Positions 9,932-20,795 are shown, counted from the stretch's first letter. The stretch is 64,000 nt of DNA from Pseudomonadota bacterium (GCA_027624315.1 JAQBXX010000001.1:62203-126202), one strand, 5' to 3'. Translations and numbers: made by a program. The notes: generated by a model not told the origin, from the sequence alone.

Positions 9932-12001
9932 ATGAGCGATATCGACTTGAAGCAACCCGAACTCTACATCAACCGCGAACTCTCGCAACTCGAGTTCGAC
10001 CGCCGCGTGCTGGAGCTCGCGACTGACAAAACCGTTCCGCTGCTCGAGCGGCTGCGCTTCTTGTGCATCTCCAGCACCAACCTCGACGAATTTTTTGAAA
10101 TCCGCGTCTCCGGCCTGAAGCAGCAGGCGCAGGCGGGTGCAGTACAGGCCGGGCCGGATAATCTCAACCTGCAGGACACGCTCAAGCGCATCAGCGACAT
10201 AGCGCACGCGCTGGTCGCGGAGCAATACCGTATTTTGAATGAGGCGCTGATCCCGGAGCTGGCCGCAGAAAACATCCGTTTCGTGCGGCGCACGCACTGG
10301 AGCGCCAAACAGGCCGTCTGGGTGAGGCGTTACTTCAATGAAGAATTGCTGCCGGTGCTGAGCCCGATGGGGCTCGACCCGGCGCATCCGTTCCCGCGCA
10401 TACTGAACAAAAGCCTTAATTTTATTGTGGCGCTGGAAGGCAAAGACGCCTTCGGGCGCAATAGCGGCGTCGCCGTGGTGCAGGCGCCGCGCTCGCTGCC
10501 GCGCCTGATTCATCTGCCGCGCGATTGCTCCAAAGGCCCACACGACTTCGTGTTTCTCTCCTCCATCATTCACGCGCACGTGAATGACCTGTTCCCCGGC
10601 ATGAAGGTCACCGGCTGTTTTCAGTTTCGCCTCACGCGCAACAGCGAACTGTTTGTCAACGAAGAAGAGATCGACGACCTGTTGCACGCGCTGGAAGGCG
10701 AGCTACCCATGCGTCACTATGGTGATGCCCTGCGCCTGGAAGTGGCCGACAACTGTACGCACGAAATGGCGCATTTTCTGTTGCGCCAGTTCGACCTGAG
10801 CGCGGAAGACTTGTATCAGGTCGCCGGGCCGGTGAATCTCCATCGCCTGATGATGATCCCCGATCTGGTCGACCGGCCTGACCTGAAGTATCCCGCCTTC
10901 ACCCCCGGCCTGCCGCGGCGTCTGGCACACACTACTGACGTGTTTGAGGTGATGCGGCGTGGCGACGTGCTGCTGCATCATCCGTTTGAATCGTTTGCGC
11001 CCGTGATCGACTTCGTGCGTCAGGCGGCGGCGGATCCGAACGTGCTTGCGATCAAGCAGACGCTGTACCGCACCGGCGCCGAATCGGCACTGGTGGATAT
11101 GCTGGTCGATGCGGCGCACGCGGGCAAGGAGGTCACCGTAGTGGTCGAGCTGCGCGCGCGTTTCGACGAAGCGGACAACATCAACTCCGCCAACCGCCTG
11201 CAGGACGCCGGCGCGCACGTGGTCTACGGCGTGGTCGGGTACAAGACCCACGCCAAGATGATTCTGGTGGTGCGGCGTGAAGGCAAACGGCTGCGCCGCT
11301 ATGTGCATCTCGCCACCGGCAACTATCATGCACGCACCACGCGCACCTACACCGATTTCGGCCTGTTTACCTGCGACAAGGATATCGGCGACGATGTGCA
11401 CAAGGTGTTTCAGCAACTCACCGGACTGGGCCGCGCGATCAAGCTCAAAAAACTGCTGCAATCGCCGTTCACGCTTTTCAAAACCCTGCGTGAACTGGTG
11501 GCACGCGAGGCCGCGCATGCCAAACAAGGCAAGCCCGCACGCATCATCGCCAAGATGAATGCGCTTTCCGAACCGCAGATGATTGAGGCCTTGTATGAGG
11601 CCTCGCGTGCCGGAGTAAAAATTGATTTAATTGTGCGCGGCGTTTGCTGTCTGCGGCCGGGTGTGCCGGGCGTTTCCGAAAACATCCAGGTGCGCTCCGT
11701 CGTCGGCCGTTTTCTTGAGCACAGCCGCGTATTTTATTTCCACAACGATGGTAACTCCGCCGTGTATTGCTCCAGCGCCGACTGGATGACGCGCAACCTG
11801 TTCCGCCGCGTTGAGGCCTGCTTCCCGGTCGAGGACAAGCGTCTCGCCGCGCGCCTCCTGAACGAAGGCCTGCAGCCGTATCTCGCCGACAACAGCCAGA
11901 CCTGGCAGTTGCGCAGCGACGGCACCTACAAGCGCATCAAGCCCGGCGGCCATAAACCGCGCTCGGCTCAGCAGTTTCTGTTAGAAACACTCGCTGACTG
12001 A
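9932..12001 (+). CDS. ppk: polyphosphate kinase 1
   Basis: 689 aa Ppk1 (ELYINRELSQLEFDRRVLE...; two PLD-like HKD regions). Confidence 0.95.
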   Translation: MSDIDLKQPELYINRELSQLEFDRRVLELATDKTVPLLERLRFLCISSTNLDEFFEIRVSGLKQQAQAGAVQAGPDNLNLQDTLKRISDIAHALVAEQYRILNEALIPELAAENIRFVRRTHWSAKQAVWVRRYFNEELLPVLSPMGLDPAHPFPRILNKSLNFIVALEGKDAFGRNSGVAVVQAPRSLPRLIHLPRDCSKGPHDFVFLSSIIHAHVNDLFPGMKVTGCFQFRLTRNSELFVNEEEIDDLLHALEGELPMRHYGDALRLEVADNCTHEMAHFLLRQFDLSAEDLYQVAGPVNLHRLMMIPDLVDRPDLKYPAFTPGLPRRLAHTTDVFEVMRRGDVLLHHPFESFAPVIDFVRQAAADPNVLAIKQTLYRTGAESALVDMLVDAAHAGKEVTVVVELRARFDEADNINSANRLQDAGAHVVYGVVGYKTHAKMILVVRREGKRLRRYVHLATGNYHARTTRTYTDFGLFTCDKDIGDDVHKVFQQLTGLGRAIKLKKLLQSPFTLFKTLRELVAREAAHAKQGKPARIIAKMNALSEPQMIEALYEASRAGVKIDLIVRGVCCLRPGVPGVSENIQVRSVVGRFLEHSRVFYFHNDGNSAVYCSSADWMTRNLFRRVEACFPVEDKRLAARLLNEGLQPYLADNSQTWQLRSDGTYKRIKPGGHKPRSAQQFLLETLAD

Positions 12002-12017
12002 ATCTCAACAACAGCGT

Positions 12018-12119
12018 GTAGGTTGGGTTAGGCGCGTTTTTTGCGCCGTAACCCAACCAAAACCTGCGTTGAAGATTGGGTTTGTTGGGTTACGCGATAA
12101 AGCCGCTAACCCAACCTAC
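12018..12119. terminator. bidirectional terminator between convergent ppk and ppx (two nested hairpins)
   Basis: gtaggttgggttaggcgcgTTTTTTgcgccgtaacccaacc and ttgggttacgcgataaagccgctaacccaacctac are inverted repeats built on a ggttgggtta core, with a T-run in the centre. Confidence 0.6.
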
Positions 12120-12123
12120 ATAA

Positions 12124-13644
12124 TTAGACCAGCTTCAACCTGATACCGGCACTCTTGAGGTGGGTGATCTCTTCCTCCAGATCAGCATGCGTCAACGGCT
12201 GGCGCGCGGCCCAGGATTTTGGCAGCGTAATCTTCAGACTCTTGCCTGCGGCGGCGCATGCAAGGCGCGGCGGTGGCCGTGTGCTGCGGCTGCGGTTCAG
12301 CAGCCCCGCCAGCCGCAGCAGCACGCACAGATGCAGCCCCGCCTGCTTCAGCCTGCCGGGCAGCACCTCGAACGCCTGCACAGGAATTTTTCCACGCTGG
12401 CCCAGCACCAACACCGCCAGCAGTTGCTGATCGCGGCGCGAAAAGCCAGCCATGTCGGTATGTTCCGCGAGATAGGCGCCGTGCTTGTGGTGCTGACCGT
12501 GGCTGATCGAAAGACCCATCTCATGCAGACGCGCAGCCCATCGCAGCAGGCGCTCATCCTCCAGGTCATGCAGATGCCAGGCCTGCGTCACCTGCTTCAA
12601 CAATAGCAGGGCCATACGCTCCACGCGCAGCGCCTGCGCCGCATCAACGTGCGTGCGCAGAGCAAGCCACTGCACGGCGCGCTCACGCACATCCTCGCGC
12701 CTGCGCAGACGACCCAGCATGTCATGGAGCACGCCCTCGCGCAGCGCGCCATCGGCATTCGTCATGCGCGTAATGCCCAGACTTTCGAAGATCGCAATCA
12801 GGATGGCGACACCGCCCGGAAACACTCCGGCGCGCTCGCTGCGCAACCCGTCCAGCTTGAGCCGTTGCACACTGCGCGCAGCGATCAGCGCCTTGCGCAG
12901 TGTGTGCAGACTGGCCAGCGTAATGCCGTGCTCACTCCAGCCCTGGGCACGGACCACGTCCTGCACGGTGTTGATGGTGCCCGAGGCGCCGATGCATTCA
13001 CGCCAGCCGATGGCGCGGTAACGCGCCGCCAGCGGCTGCAACTCCTGCTGGGCGGCGATCTGCGCCCGCTCGAAATTGGCGCGGCTGATCACGCCCTTGG
13101 GGAAAGAACGCAAGCTGCCGCGCACACACCCCATGGCCAGACTTTCCATGTGCAACGGCTCAAATCCCCGGCCGATGATCAACTCGGTGCTGCCGCCGCC
13201 GATATCCACCACCAGGCGTCGCTCTTTGCTGTCGGTCAGACTGTGCGCCACGCCGAGGTAGATGAGCCGCGCCTCCTCCCGGCCGCCGATCACCTCGATG
13301 GGATGGCCCAGCACGCGCTGCGCCGCGGCGAGAAATTGCACCGCATTGCGCGCCCGGCGCAAGGTGTTGGTACCGACCACACGCATGCTGCCCGGCGGCA
13401 GGCCGCGCAGCCGTTCGCCAAAGCGCCTGAGACAGGCCAGCGCGCGCTGCTGAGCGCGCGCGGTGATGTCGTCCTTTTTATTCAGGCCAGCGGCGAGCTG
13501 CACCATCTCACGCAGCCGGTCCAGCACCTGCAACCGCCCCTGCACCACACGCGCCACAATCATATGAAAGCTGTTGGAGCCGAGATCGACCGCGGCGACC
13601 ATGTCAGGTGATTTATTTGATGTGCGCGCCAATGAATTCTCCAC
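12124..13644 (-). CDS. ppx: exopolyphosphatase (Ppx/GppA family)
   Basis: 506 aa, AAVDLGSNSFHMIVARV...; Ppx/GppA plus HD-like C-terminus. Convergent with ppk. Confidence 0.9.
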   Translation of the reverse strand: MENSLARTSNKSPDMVAAVDLGSNSFHMIVARVVQGRLQVLDRLREMVQLAAGLNKKDDITARAQQRALACLRRFGERLRGLPPGSMRVVGTNTLRRARNAVQFLAAAQRVLGHPIEVIGGREEARLIYLGVAHSLTDSKERRLVVDIGGGSTELIIGRGFEPLHMESLAMGCVRGSLRSFPKGVISRANFERAQIAAQQELQPLAARYRAIGWRECIGASGTINTVQDVVRAQGWSEHGITLASLHTLRKALIAARSVQRLKLDGLRSERAGVFPGGVAILIAIFESLGITRMTNADGALREGVLHDMLGRLRRREDVRERAVQWLALRTHVDAAQALRVERMALLLLKQVTQAWHLHDLEDERLLRWAARLHEMGLSISHGQHHKHGAYLAEHTDMAGFSRRDQQLLAVLVLGQRGKIPVQAFEVLPGRLKQAGLHLCVLLRLAGLLNRSRSTRPPPRLACAAAGKSLKITLPKSWAARQPLTHADLEEEITHLKSAGIRLKLV

Positions 13645-13734
13645 GTAACGGCTGTTATAATCAAAAGTATATCCGAAGATGCCGTAGTAAAAATTACAAC
13701 CGCCGCCTGGGCAAGCTATAGGGTACTAAACATC

Positions 13735-14583
13735 ATGTCATCGTTATTTGACTTTGAGCGGCGGGAAGAGCGCTATGCGGTGATGGGAAATCCCGTTTCC
13801 CACAGCAAGTCACCCTTCATCCATGCGGCGTTCGCGCGTCAGTGTGAGCACAAGATCAGCTATGACGCGATTCAGGTGGACGCAGGCGGGTTGGCGCAGG
13901 CGCTCGGCAATTTCCAGGCCGCAGGCGGCAAGGGCGTCAACATCACGGTGCCATTCAAGCAGGAAGCCTTCGCGCTGTGCAATGAAGTGAGCCTGCGCGC
14001 GCAACAGGCCAGGGCCGTGAACACTCTCACCTTCAGAGCCGACGGCACGCGGCATGGCGACAACACCGACGGCGTCGGACTGGTGCGCGACATCCTGCAC
14101 AACCACGGCGGTGTCATTGCACGGCGGCGCGTGCTGTTGCTCGGCGCGGGCGGTGCCGCGCGTGGCGTGGTGGGGCCGCTGCTCGCGGAAAGACCCGCGC
14201 AACTGGTGATCGCCAACCGCACGCCGGACAAGGCGCTGGAGCTGGCTGCCGAATTTTCCGGCAAGGACACTGTCACCGGCTGCGGCCTTCCCGCACTTGC
14301 CGGGCAATCGTTTGACCTTGTCATCAACGCCACCGCCGCCAGCCTGCACCAGGAACTGCCGCCGCTGCCGGAAGACGTGGTGGCGCCCGGCGGCTGGTGT
14401 TACGACATGATGTACGCTACACAACCCACCATCTTCATGCGCTGGGCAAGCGAGCATGGTGCGGAAAAATCACTGGATGGCTTAGGCATGCTGGTGGAAC
14501 AAGCCGCCGAGGCGTTTTATCTCTGGCGCGGTGTGCGCCCGCAGACCACGCCTGTCATCGCGGCCCTGCGGAAAAACAACTGA
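13735..14583 (+). CDS. aroE: shikimate dehydrogenase
   Basis: 282 aa, YAVMGNPVSHSKSPFIHAAF...NTDGVG...LLGAGGAARG, the AroE signature. Confidence 0.9.
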   Translation: MSSLFDFERREERYAVMGNPVSHSKSPFIHAAFARQCEHKISYDAIQVDAGGLAQALGNFQAAGGKGVNITVPFKQEAFALCNEVSLRAQQARAVNTLTFRADGTRHGDNTDGVGLVRDILHNHGGVIARRRVLLLGAGGAARGVVGPLLAERPAQLVIANRTPDKALELAAEFSGKDTVTGCGLPALAGQSFDLVINATAASLHQELPPLPEDVVAPGGWCYDMMYATQPTIFMRWASEHGAEKSLDGLGMLVEQAAEAFYLWRGVRPQTTPVIAALRKNN

Positions 14584-14609
14584 TCGTTTCTTAAAATACG
14601 GTAAGACAC

Positions 14610-16649
14610 ATGTCCAATCCCCTGCTCAATCTCACCGGCCTGCCGCCTTTCGCCTCCATCCTGCCTGAGCATGTGGAGCCGGCCATCGATACGCTGCTGG
14701 CGGAAAATCGCACTCGCATCGCGCAACTGCTGTCTGCGCGCGGCAACTACACCTGGGACAACCTGATCGCTCCGCTGGAGGAGCTGGATGATCGCCTCAG
14801 CCGCGCCTGGTCGCCGGCGAGCCATCTGAATGCGGTGATGAATTCGGAACCCTTGCGCGCGGCCTACAACGCCTGTCTGCCGAAGCTCAGCGATTACGCC
14901 ACCGAATTCGGACAGAACGCAGCACTCTACGAGGCCTATCAAACCATCGCTGCGGGCGCCGAGTATGCACGCCTCGACGGCGCGCAGAAAAGAGTGATCG
15001 ACAACGCCCTGCGTGATTTTCGCCTCTCCGGCGTGGCGCTGCCGCCCGCACAACAGGAGCGCTACAAGGCCATACAGCAGGAGCTCTCCGCACTCACCGC
15101 CAAGTTTGAAGAAAGCGTGCTCGACGCAACCCAGGGATGGATCAGGCATGTCAGCGACGAGACCGAACTGGAGGGCCTGCCCGAAAGCACGCAGGCGCTC
15201 GCACGACAGACGGCGCAGCAAGCGGGACAGTCCGGCTGGCACTTGACGCTCGACTATCCACTGTATGCGCCGGTAATGAAGTACGCCGCCAGCGCCGTGT
15301 TGCGGCGTGAGATGTACACTGCCTATATGACACGCGCCAGCGACCAGGGCCCGAATGCCGGCCGGTGGGACAATCAGCCGCTCATGGAGCAACTGCTTGC
15401 GCTGCGGCACGAACTTGCCCAACTGCTGGGCTTCGCCAATTACGCCGAACGGTCGCTCGCGAAAAAGATGGCGCGCGCCCCCCAGCAGGTGCTGGACTTT
15501 CTCAACGACCTCGCACGCCGCTCGCGCCCCATGGCGCAACGCGAACTGGACGAACTCCAGGGCTTTGCGCGCGAACATTTCGCTGTGCAGAACCTCGACG
15601 CCTGGGACATCTCCTACTATTCGGAGAAATTGCGTGTACACCGGTATGCGCTCTCACAGGAAGACCTACGCCCTTATTTTCCGTTACCCCGCGTGCTCAC
15701 GGGCATGTTCGAGATCGTGCATCGTCTCTACGGCCTGAACGTCGCCGAAGTAAAAAATATCGAAACCTGGCACGCGGATGTGCGATTTTTTGAAATCCGC
15801 GACGCCGACAACGAACCGCGCGGCCAGTTTTATCTCGATGCCTGCGCGCGCCCGCACAAACGCGGCGGCGCGTGGATGGACGAATGCATCGCACGCAAAC
15901 GCACAGCGGCTGGAGTGCAAACCCCCGTCGCCTACCTCACCTGCACAACAGCGCAGCCGGTCGGCGCTCAGCCGTCGCTGCTCACGCACGACGAGGTGCT
16001 CACCCTGTTTCATGAGTTCGGTCACGGGCTGCACCACATGCTCACGCGCGTGGATCAGCTCGCTGTGTCCGGCATCAACGGCGTGGCGTGGGACGCGGTG
16101 GAACTCCCCAGCCAGTTCATGGAAAACTGGTGCTGGGAACGCGAAGCGCTCGACCTCATCTCCGGTCACTGTCAGACGGGCGAACAGCTCCCGCAGGCGC
16201 TGCTCGACAAGATGTTTGCGGCAAAGAATTTCCAGGCCGGCATGCAGATGGTGCGGCAACTCGAATTTTCGCTGTTCGATTTCCGTCTGCATCTGGAATA
16301 CGATCCGGCCCGGGGGCCACGCATCCGCGAGCTGTTGCGCGAGGTGCGCGATACCGTCGCAGTCATCCAGCCGCCGGCGTTTGAACGCTTCGCCAACAAT
16401 TTCACCCACATCTTCGCCGGTGGGTACTCCGCGGGCTACTACAGCTACAAGTGGGCCGAGGTGTTGTCGTCGGATGCCTTCGAAAAATTCGAGGAGTGCG
16501 GTATTTTCGACCACGCTACCGGACAGCAATTCCTGCACAGCATTCTGGAGCAGGGCGGCACGCGCGATGCGATGGAATTGTTCATTGAATTCCGTGGCCG
16601 CGAGCCGCGCATTGATGCGCTGTTGCGTCACACTGGCATCACCGCATGA
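14610..16649 (+). CDS. prlC: oligopeptidase A (M3 family)
   Basis: 679 aa with zinc motif HEFGHGLHHMLT. M3A family. Confidence 0.9.
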   Translation: MSNPLLNLTGLPPFASILPEHVEPAIDTLLAENRTRIAQLLSARGNYTWDNLIAPLEELDDRLSRAWSPASHLNAVMNSEPLRAAYNACLPKLSDYATEFGQNAALYEAYQTIAAGAEYARLDGAQKRVIDNALRDFRLSGVALPPAQQERYKAIQQELSALTAKFEESVLDATQGWIRHVSDETELEGLPESTQALARQTAQQAGQSGWHLTLDYPLYAPVMKYAASAVLRREMYTAYMTRASDQGPNAGRWDNQPLMEQLLALRHELAQLLGFANYAERSLAKKMARAPQQVLDFLNDLARRSRPMAQRELDELQGFAREHFAVQNLDAWDISYYSEKLRVHRYALSQEDLRPYFPLPRVLTGMFEIVHRLYGLNVAEVKNIETWHADVRFFEIRDADNEPRGQFYLDACARPHKRGGAWMDECIARKRTAAGVQTPVAYLTCTTAQPVGAQPSLLTHDEVLTLFHEFGHGLHHMLTRVDQLAVSGINGVAWDAVELPSQFMENWCWEREALDLISGHCQTGEQLPQALLDKMFAAKNFQAGMQMVRQLEFSLFDFRLHLEYDPARGPRIRELLREVRDTVAVIQPPAFERFANNFTHIFAGGYSAGYYSYKWAEVLSSDAFEKFEECGIFDHATGQQFLHSILEQGGTRDAMELFIEFRGREPRIDALLRHTGITA

Positions 16650-16650
16650 T

Positions 16651-16740
16651 TCCTCTCCCTCACCCTGGCCCTCCCGGAGGGAAGAGCGAAGCGAAGGGTG
16701 CGGGGATATTAACTCCTCCCTCCGGGAGAAGGCTGAGATG
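16651..16740. repeat. GC-rich REP-like repeat (inverted orientation variant)
   Basis: ccctcaccctggccctcccggagggaag...ctcctccctccgggagaagg. The caccctggccctccc segment is the reverse complement of gggagggccagggtg at 6430. Confidence 0.55.
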
Positions 16741-16748
16741 AGAGCAGC

Positions 16749-17519
16749 GTGAAAATCGCTACCTGGAATGTAAACTCACTGCGCGTGCGCCTGCCGCACC
16801 TGCTGAGCTGGCTCGATGCCGAAAAACCCGACATCGTCGCCCTGCAGGAAACAAAAACGGTGGATGAAGATTTTCCGCTGAGCGAAATTCACGCGGCGGG
16901 TTATCAGGCGGTTTTTTCCGGCCAGAAGAGTTACAACGGCGTCGCCCTGCTGAGCCGTCTCACTCCCGCCGAGGTAACGCGTGATATTGCCAATCTTGAC
17001 GATGCACAACGCCGGCTGCTGGCCGCGAATTACAATGGCCTGCGCGTCATCAATCTCTATGTCCCGAACGGGGCCAGCGTCGGTTCGGAAAAGTATGTTT
17101 ATAAATTATCCTGGCTTGAAAAAATAAGCGCCTGGATTCAACAGCAACTCAGCACGCACGAACATCTCATCGTGCTCGGCGATTTCAATATCGCACCCGA
17201 AGACCGTGACGTGCATGACCCGGCAGCGTGGCAAGGCCAGGTGCTGGTAAGTGAGGCTGAGCGTGCCGCCTTCAGGCATCTACAGAACCTCGGGCTACAA
17301 GACAGCTTCAGGCTGTTTGAGCAGCACGAGACTATTTTCAGTTGGTGGGACTACCGCGCGGGTGGATTCCGCCGCAATCACGGCGTGCGCATCGACCACA
17401 TCCTCGTCAGCCCTGCGCTGCGCGCGCTCTGCACCTCCTGCCGCATCGACACAACACCGCGCAAGCTGGAGCGCCCCTCCGACCATGCGCCGGTGATTGC
17501 GGAATTCGCCTTAAAGTAA
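16749..17519 (+). CDS. xthA: exodeoxyribonuclease III
   Basis: 256 aa, MKIATWNVNSLRVRL...DIVALQETK...SDHAP, EEP/ExoIII family. Confidence 0.9.
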   Translation: MKIATWNVNSLRVRLPHLLSWLDAEKPDIVALQETKTVDEDFPLSEIHAAGYQAVFSGQKSYNGVALLSRLTPAEVTRDIANLDDAQRRLLAANYNGLRVINLYVPNGASVGSEKYVYKLSWLEKISAWIQQQLSTHEHLIVLGDFNIAPEDRDVHDPAAWQGQVLVSEAERAAFRHLQNLGLQDSFRLFEQHETIFSWWDYRAGGFRRNHGVRIDHILVSPALRALCTSCRIDTTPRKLERPSDHAPVIAEFALK

Positions 17520-17522
17520 GGT

Positions 17523-17927
17523 TTGATCGTGACCCCCGCCCTCGCCGCATGGCTTGCCGACATCACCGTCACCCTCCATTCCGCTTATGTGCTGTTTGTC
17601 GTCGGCGGGCAGGCATTCATTCTCGTCGGCTGGGCGCGCGGCTGGCGCGCGGCGCGCAATTTCACGTTTCGTTTGCTGCACCTCGCAGGTATCGGTTTCG
17701 TCGTGCTTGAAAGCTGGCTCGGCGCACGCTGCCCGCTCACGGTGCTGGAAAACTATCTGCGCCAGGTGGCGGGCGGCTCCCCAATGGATATAAGCTTTGT
17801 CGGCTACTGGCTCAGGTACCTGTTATTCTATAACGCACCCGAGTGGGTATTTACGGTGGTATATACACTGTTCGCCGCGGCGGTAATCACGACCTGGCTT
17901 GTGTATCCACCACGCCGCCGGGGATGA
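17523..17927 (+). CDS. DUF2784-like inner membrane protein (hypothetical)
   Basis: 134 aa, multi-pass hydrophobic (LHSAYVLFVVGGQAFILVGW...). Confidence 0.55.
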   Translation: MIVTPALAAWLADITVTLHSAYVLFVVGGQAFILVGWARGWRAARNFTFRLLHLAGIGFVVLESWLGARCPLTVLENYLRQVAGGSPMDISFVGYWLRYLLFYNAPEWVFTVVYTLFAAAVITTWLVYPPRRRG

Positions 17928-17956
17928 TACGCACGGCTGCTGACAAGGAGAACACC

Positions 17957-18601
17957 ATGCGCTCCATTCTGGTACTGAATGCAAAAGGTGGCTGCGGCAA
18001 AACCACGCTCGCCACCAATCTCGCAAGCTATTATGCCCAGCGCGGACTGCCGGTGGCACTCGCCGACTATGATCCGCAGGGTTCCAGCCTCGACTGGCTC
18101 AAGGCACGCGCGCCGGGCTATCCTCCTATTCAGGGCATCGCCGCGTGGAAAGAAGATGCGCAATTACCCAGGGACGTCGAGCGGCTCATCATCGACGCAC
18201 CCGCTGCCGTGCACGGCAAGGAACTCACACCGCTGGTGCGCCGCGCGCAGACCGTGCTGATACCCGTGCTGCCCTCGCCCATCGACATCCGCGCCGCCGC
18301 ACATTTCATCAAGGAACTGCTCTCGGTGGGCAAGGTCGCGCGCGACGAAACCAAACTTGCAGTGGTCGCCAATCGCGTGCGCGAATATACGCTCGCCTTT
18401 CACGCCCTGGAAAAGTTTTTGCACAGCCTCGACATTCCCTGCATTGCCACACTGCGCGACAGCCAGAACTACATCCGCGCCGCCGAGCGTGGACTCGGCC
18501 TGTATGAAATGCCGCATTACATGGTGGAACAGGATCTGGAGCAGTGGGAGCCGCTGGTCCGCTGGCTGAACAGCAAACGCAGCCTGCCGGAGTGTTCGTA
18601 A
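17957..18601 (+). CDS. orphan ParA/MinD-family P-loop ATPase
   Basis: MRSILVLNAKGGCGKTTLATNLA (deviant Walker A). AGGAG lies 7 nt upstream of the ATG at 17957. No parB partner is present. Confidence 0.8.
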   Translation: MRSILVLNAKGGCGKTTLATNLASYYAQRGLPVALADYDPQGSSLDWLKARAPGYPPIQGIAAWKEDAQLPRDVERLIIDAPAAVHGKELTPLVRRAQTVLIPVLPSPIDIRAAAHFIKELLSVGKVARDETKLAVVANRVREYTLAFHALEKFLHSLDIPCIATLRDSQNYIRAAERGLGLYEMPHYMVEQDLEQWEPLVRWLNSKRSLPECS

Positions 18602-18606
18602 CAAAC

Positions 18607-19479
18607 CTACTCGCCCAACCCCGCCAGCCCCGCCGCCAGATTCGGGTAACGCAGCACGACGCCCAGCTCCTCGCGCATACGCCGGTTGTCCATGCGGCGC
18701 GATTCGTTGAGATAGGACAGCAGGCCGGGGCTCAGCACCTTGTGCGCCTCGGCCAGTGGTAGCTGCGGCGGGCGCGCGATGCCGAGTGCATCGGCGACCG
18801 CGTTGAAGTAATCCGTCATCGTGCTGTGCTCGTCGTCGCACACGTTGTAGATGCGCCCCGCGCTGCCACGCCCGGCGGCGGCGAGACAGATGCGCGCCAG
18901 ATCATCCGCATGAATGCGGTTGGTGCAGGGCGCCTCTTCACGCCGCAGCACCGGCTCGCCACGCCGGATGCGCTCGACAGGCAGACGTCCCGGGCCGTAG
19001 ATGCCGCCCACGCGCAGTATCACCACCGGCACTGGATGATCACGCGCCCACGCCAGCAGCCGCGTCTCCGCGTCGAGGCGCGCCTGTGCGCGCGCCGTCT
19101 GCGGTTTGGCCGGCGCGTCCTCGGTCACCCACGCGCCCTCGCAATCGCCGTACACCCCGCTGGTGCTGATATAGACGATTTTATGCGGCAGTGCGTCGCG
19201 TGTTATCGCCTGCAGAAACCGCTCCATGCGCGAGTCGGTAATTCCGGACTCCGGCGGCGGGGCAAAATAATAGACGAGGGCATGCGGTGCCGGTAATGCG
19301 GTAAGCGTATTGGCGTCATCCAGATCACCGGACACGGGTGTCACGCCCAGCGCCGCAAGCTGCGCCGCGCGCACGGGTGTGCGCACCAGCCCGCTCACGC
19401 GCGCGCCCTGCGCAAGATGGATTCCGGCCACACGTGTACCGATATCACCGCAACCCACAATCAGTACGGTTTCGCTCAT
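18607..19479 (-). CDS. NAD-dependent epimerase/dehydratase family (SDR) protein
   Basis: 290 aa with N-terminal Rossmann motif LIVGCGDIGTRVA. Confidence 0.8.
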   Translation of the reverse strand: MSETVLIVGCGDIGTRVAGIHLAQGARVSGLVRTPVRAAQLAALGVTPVSGDLDDANTLTALPAPHALVYYFAPPPESGITDSRMERFLQAITRDALPHKIVYISTSGVYGDCEGAWVTEDAPAKPQTARAQARLDAETRLLAWARDHPVPVVILRVGGIYGPGRLPVERIRRGEPVLRREEAPCTNRIHADDLARICLAAAGRGSAGRIYNVCDDEHSTMTDYFNAVADALGIARPPQLPLAEAHKVLSPGLLSYLNESRRMDNRRMREELGVVLRYPNLAAGLAGLGE

Positions 19480-19548
19480 GGTTCCGCTACGCCATAAAAA
19501 CAGCGATAATGCATCGTTTTATATTTGTCCAATCTGCAAGGTGTATGC

Positions 19549-20595
19549 ATGGGTTTCACTGTTCACGTCAGGCCAAGTGGCCACGAATTCACTGTCGATG
19601 CCCATGAAACCATTCTGGATGCGGCCCTGCGTCACGGGCTCAGCCTGCCCTACGGTTGCCGAGGCGGCGCCTGCGGCGCCTGTAAATCCAGACTCATCAC
19701 CGGCGAGGTGGATTATGGCATGCCTCAACCGGCGGCGTTAAGCAACGCGGAAATAGCGCAAGGATACGCGCTCATGTGCCAGTCGCGGCCGTTGTCCGAC
19801 GTGACCGTCGAGGTGAGCGAAATCAGCGACGCGAAGCATATCCGCGTAAAAAAACTGCCCTGCCGTGTCACCCGGCTGGAGCATCTCTCGCCTGATGTGA
19901 CGCGCGTTTATCTCAAGCTTCCCGCCGGTGAGCGTTTGCAATTTCTTGCCGGCCAGTATATCGATTTTCTGTTGCGTGACGGCCGCAGGCGCAGCTTCTC
20001 CATCGCCAACGCCCCGCACGACGATGAGTGCATCGAGTTGCACATCAAACGCATCGAAGGCGGACGCTTTACCGATGATACCTTTGCCGTGCTCAAGGAA
20101 AAGGCCATGCTGCGCCTCGAAGGACCTTTCGGTAATTTTTATCTGCGCGAGGATTCGCCACACCCGATCATCTTCGTCGCGGGCGGCACTGGCTTCGCGC
20201 CGATCAAGGCCATCCTCGAACATGCCTTCGCGGAAGGCATTACGCGCCCCATGCACTTCTACTGGGGCGCACGCAGCCGGCGCGATCTTTACCTCGATGC
20301 GCTGCCGTGCGCATGGGCGGAGCAGTGCCGTCACTTCCGCTACACGCCCGTGCTCTCGGAGCCGCTGCCCGAGGACGACTGGCGCAGCGCGCAGGGTTAT
20401 GTGACGGATGCCGTGCTGTATGATCACCCGGCGCTGAATGCGTTCGACGTGTACGCCAGCGGGCCGCCGGTGCTGGTACAGGCGGCGCACCGTGACTTTA
20501 TCGCGCGCGGCCTCCTGCCGGAAAATTTCTACGCTGACCCGTTTGAGTTCGCGCATGACGCCGCGCCCGAAGGCGCGGCGCGCGATACCCCTTAG
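19549..20595 (+). CDS. 2Fe-2S ferredoxin / FAD / NAD(P)-binding oxidoreductase (CDP-6-deoxy-delta-3,4-glucoseen reductase-like)
   Basis: N-terminal plant-type ferredoxin cysteines (CRGGACGACK) plus an FNR-like RxSFS and GGTGFAP motif. Start likely MGFTVHV at 19549; the ORF begins at 19525. Confidence 0.8.
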   Translation: MGFTVHVRPSGHEFTVDAHETILDAALRHGLSLPYGCRGGACGACKSRLITGEVDYGMPQPAALSNAEIAQGYALMCQSRPLSDVTVEVSEISDAKHIRVKKLPCRVTRLEHLSPDVTRVYLKLPAGERLQFLAGQYIDFLLRDGRRRSFSIANAPHDDECIELHIKRIEGGRFTDDTFAVLKEKAMLRLEGPFGNFYLREDSPHPIIFVAGGTGFAPIKAILEHAFAEGITRPMHFYWGARSRRDLYLDALPCAWAEQCRHFRYTPVLSEPLPEDDWRSAQGYVTDAVLYDHPALNAFDVYASGPPVLVQAAHRDFIARGLLPENFYADPFEFAHDAAPEGAARDTP

Positions 20596-20795
20596 TTGTA
20601 ATGCGCTGTTCTGTTTAAAGCTTATCAATCCGGCTGGGCATCGCGGTCTTAAATCCTCCCTCGCTAGCGCTCGACCCCCTTTGAAAAGGGGGTGGCCGTG
20701 AGCTTGTCGAACGGCCGGGGGATTTAGGGCCGCGCTGTTGACGCATACGACGGATCATTATCATTGCGCATAGTCGAAGTAAGATTCGCAGATCA

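Noticed and set aside
17843-18601. 252-aa version of the ParA gene starting at 17843
   Set aside because: The upstream extension overlaps the DUF2784 gene. An AGGAG Shine-Dalgarno and the conserved MRSILVLNAKGGCGKT N-terminus support the start at 17957.
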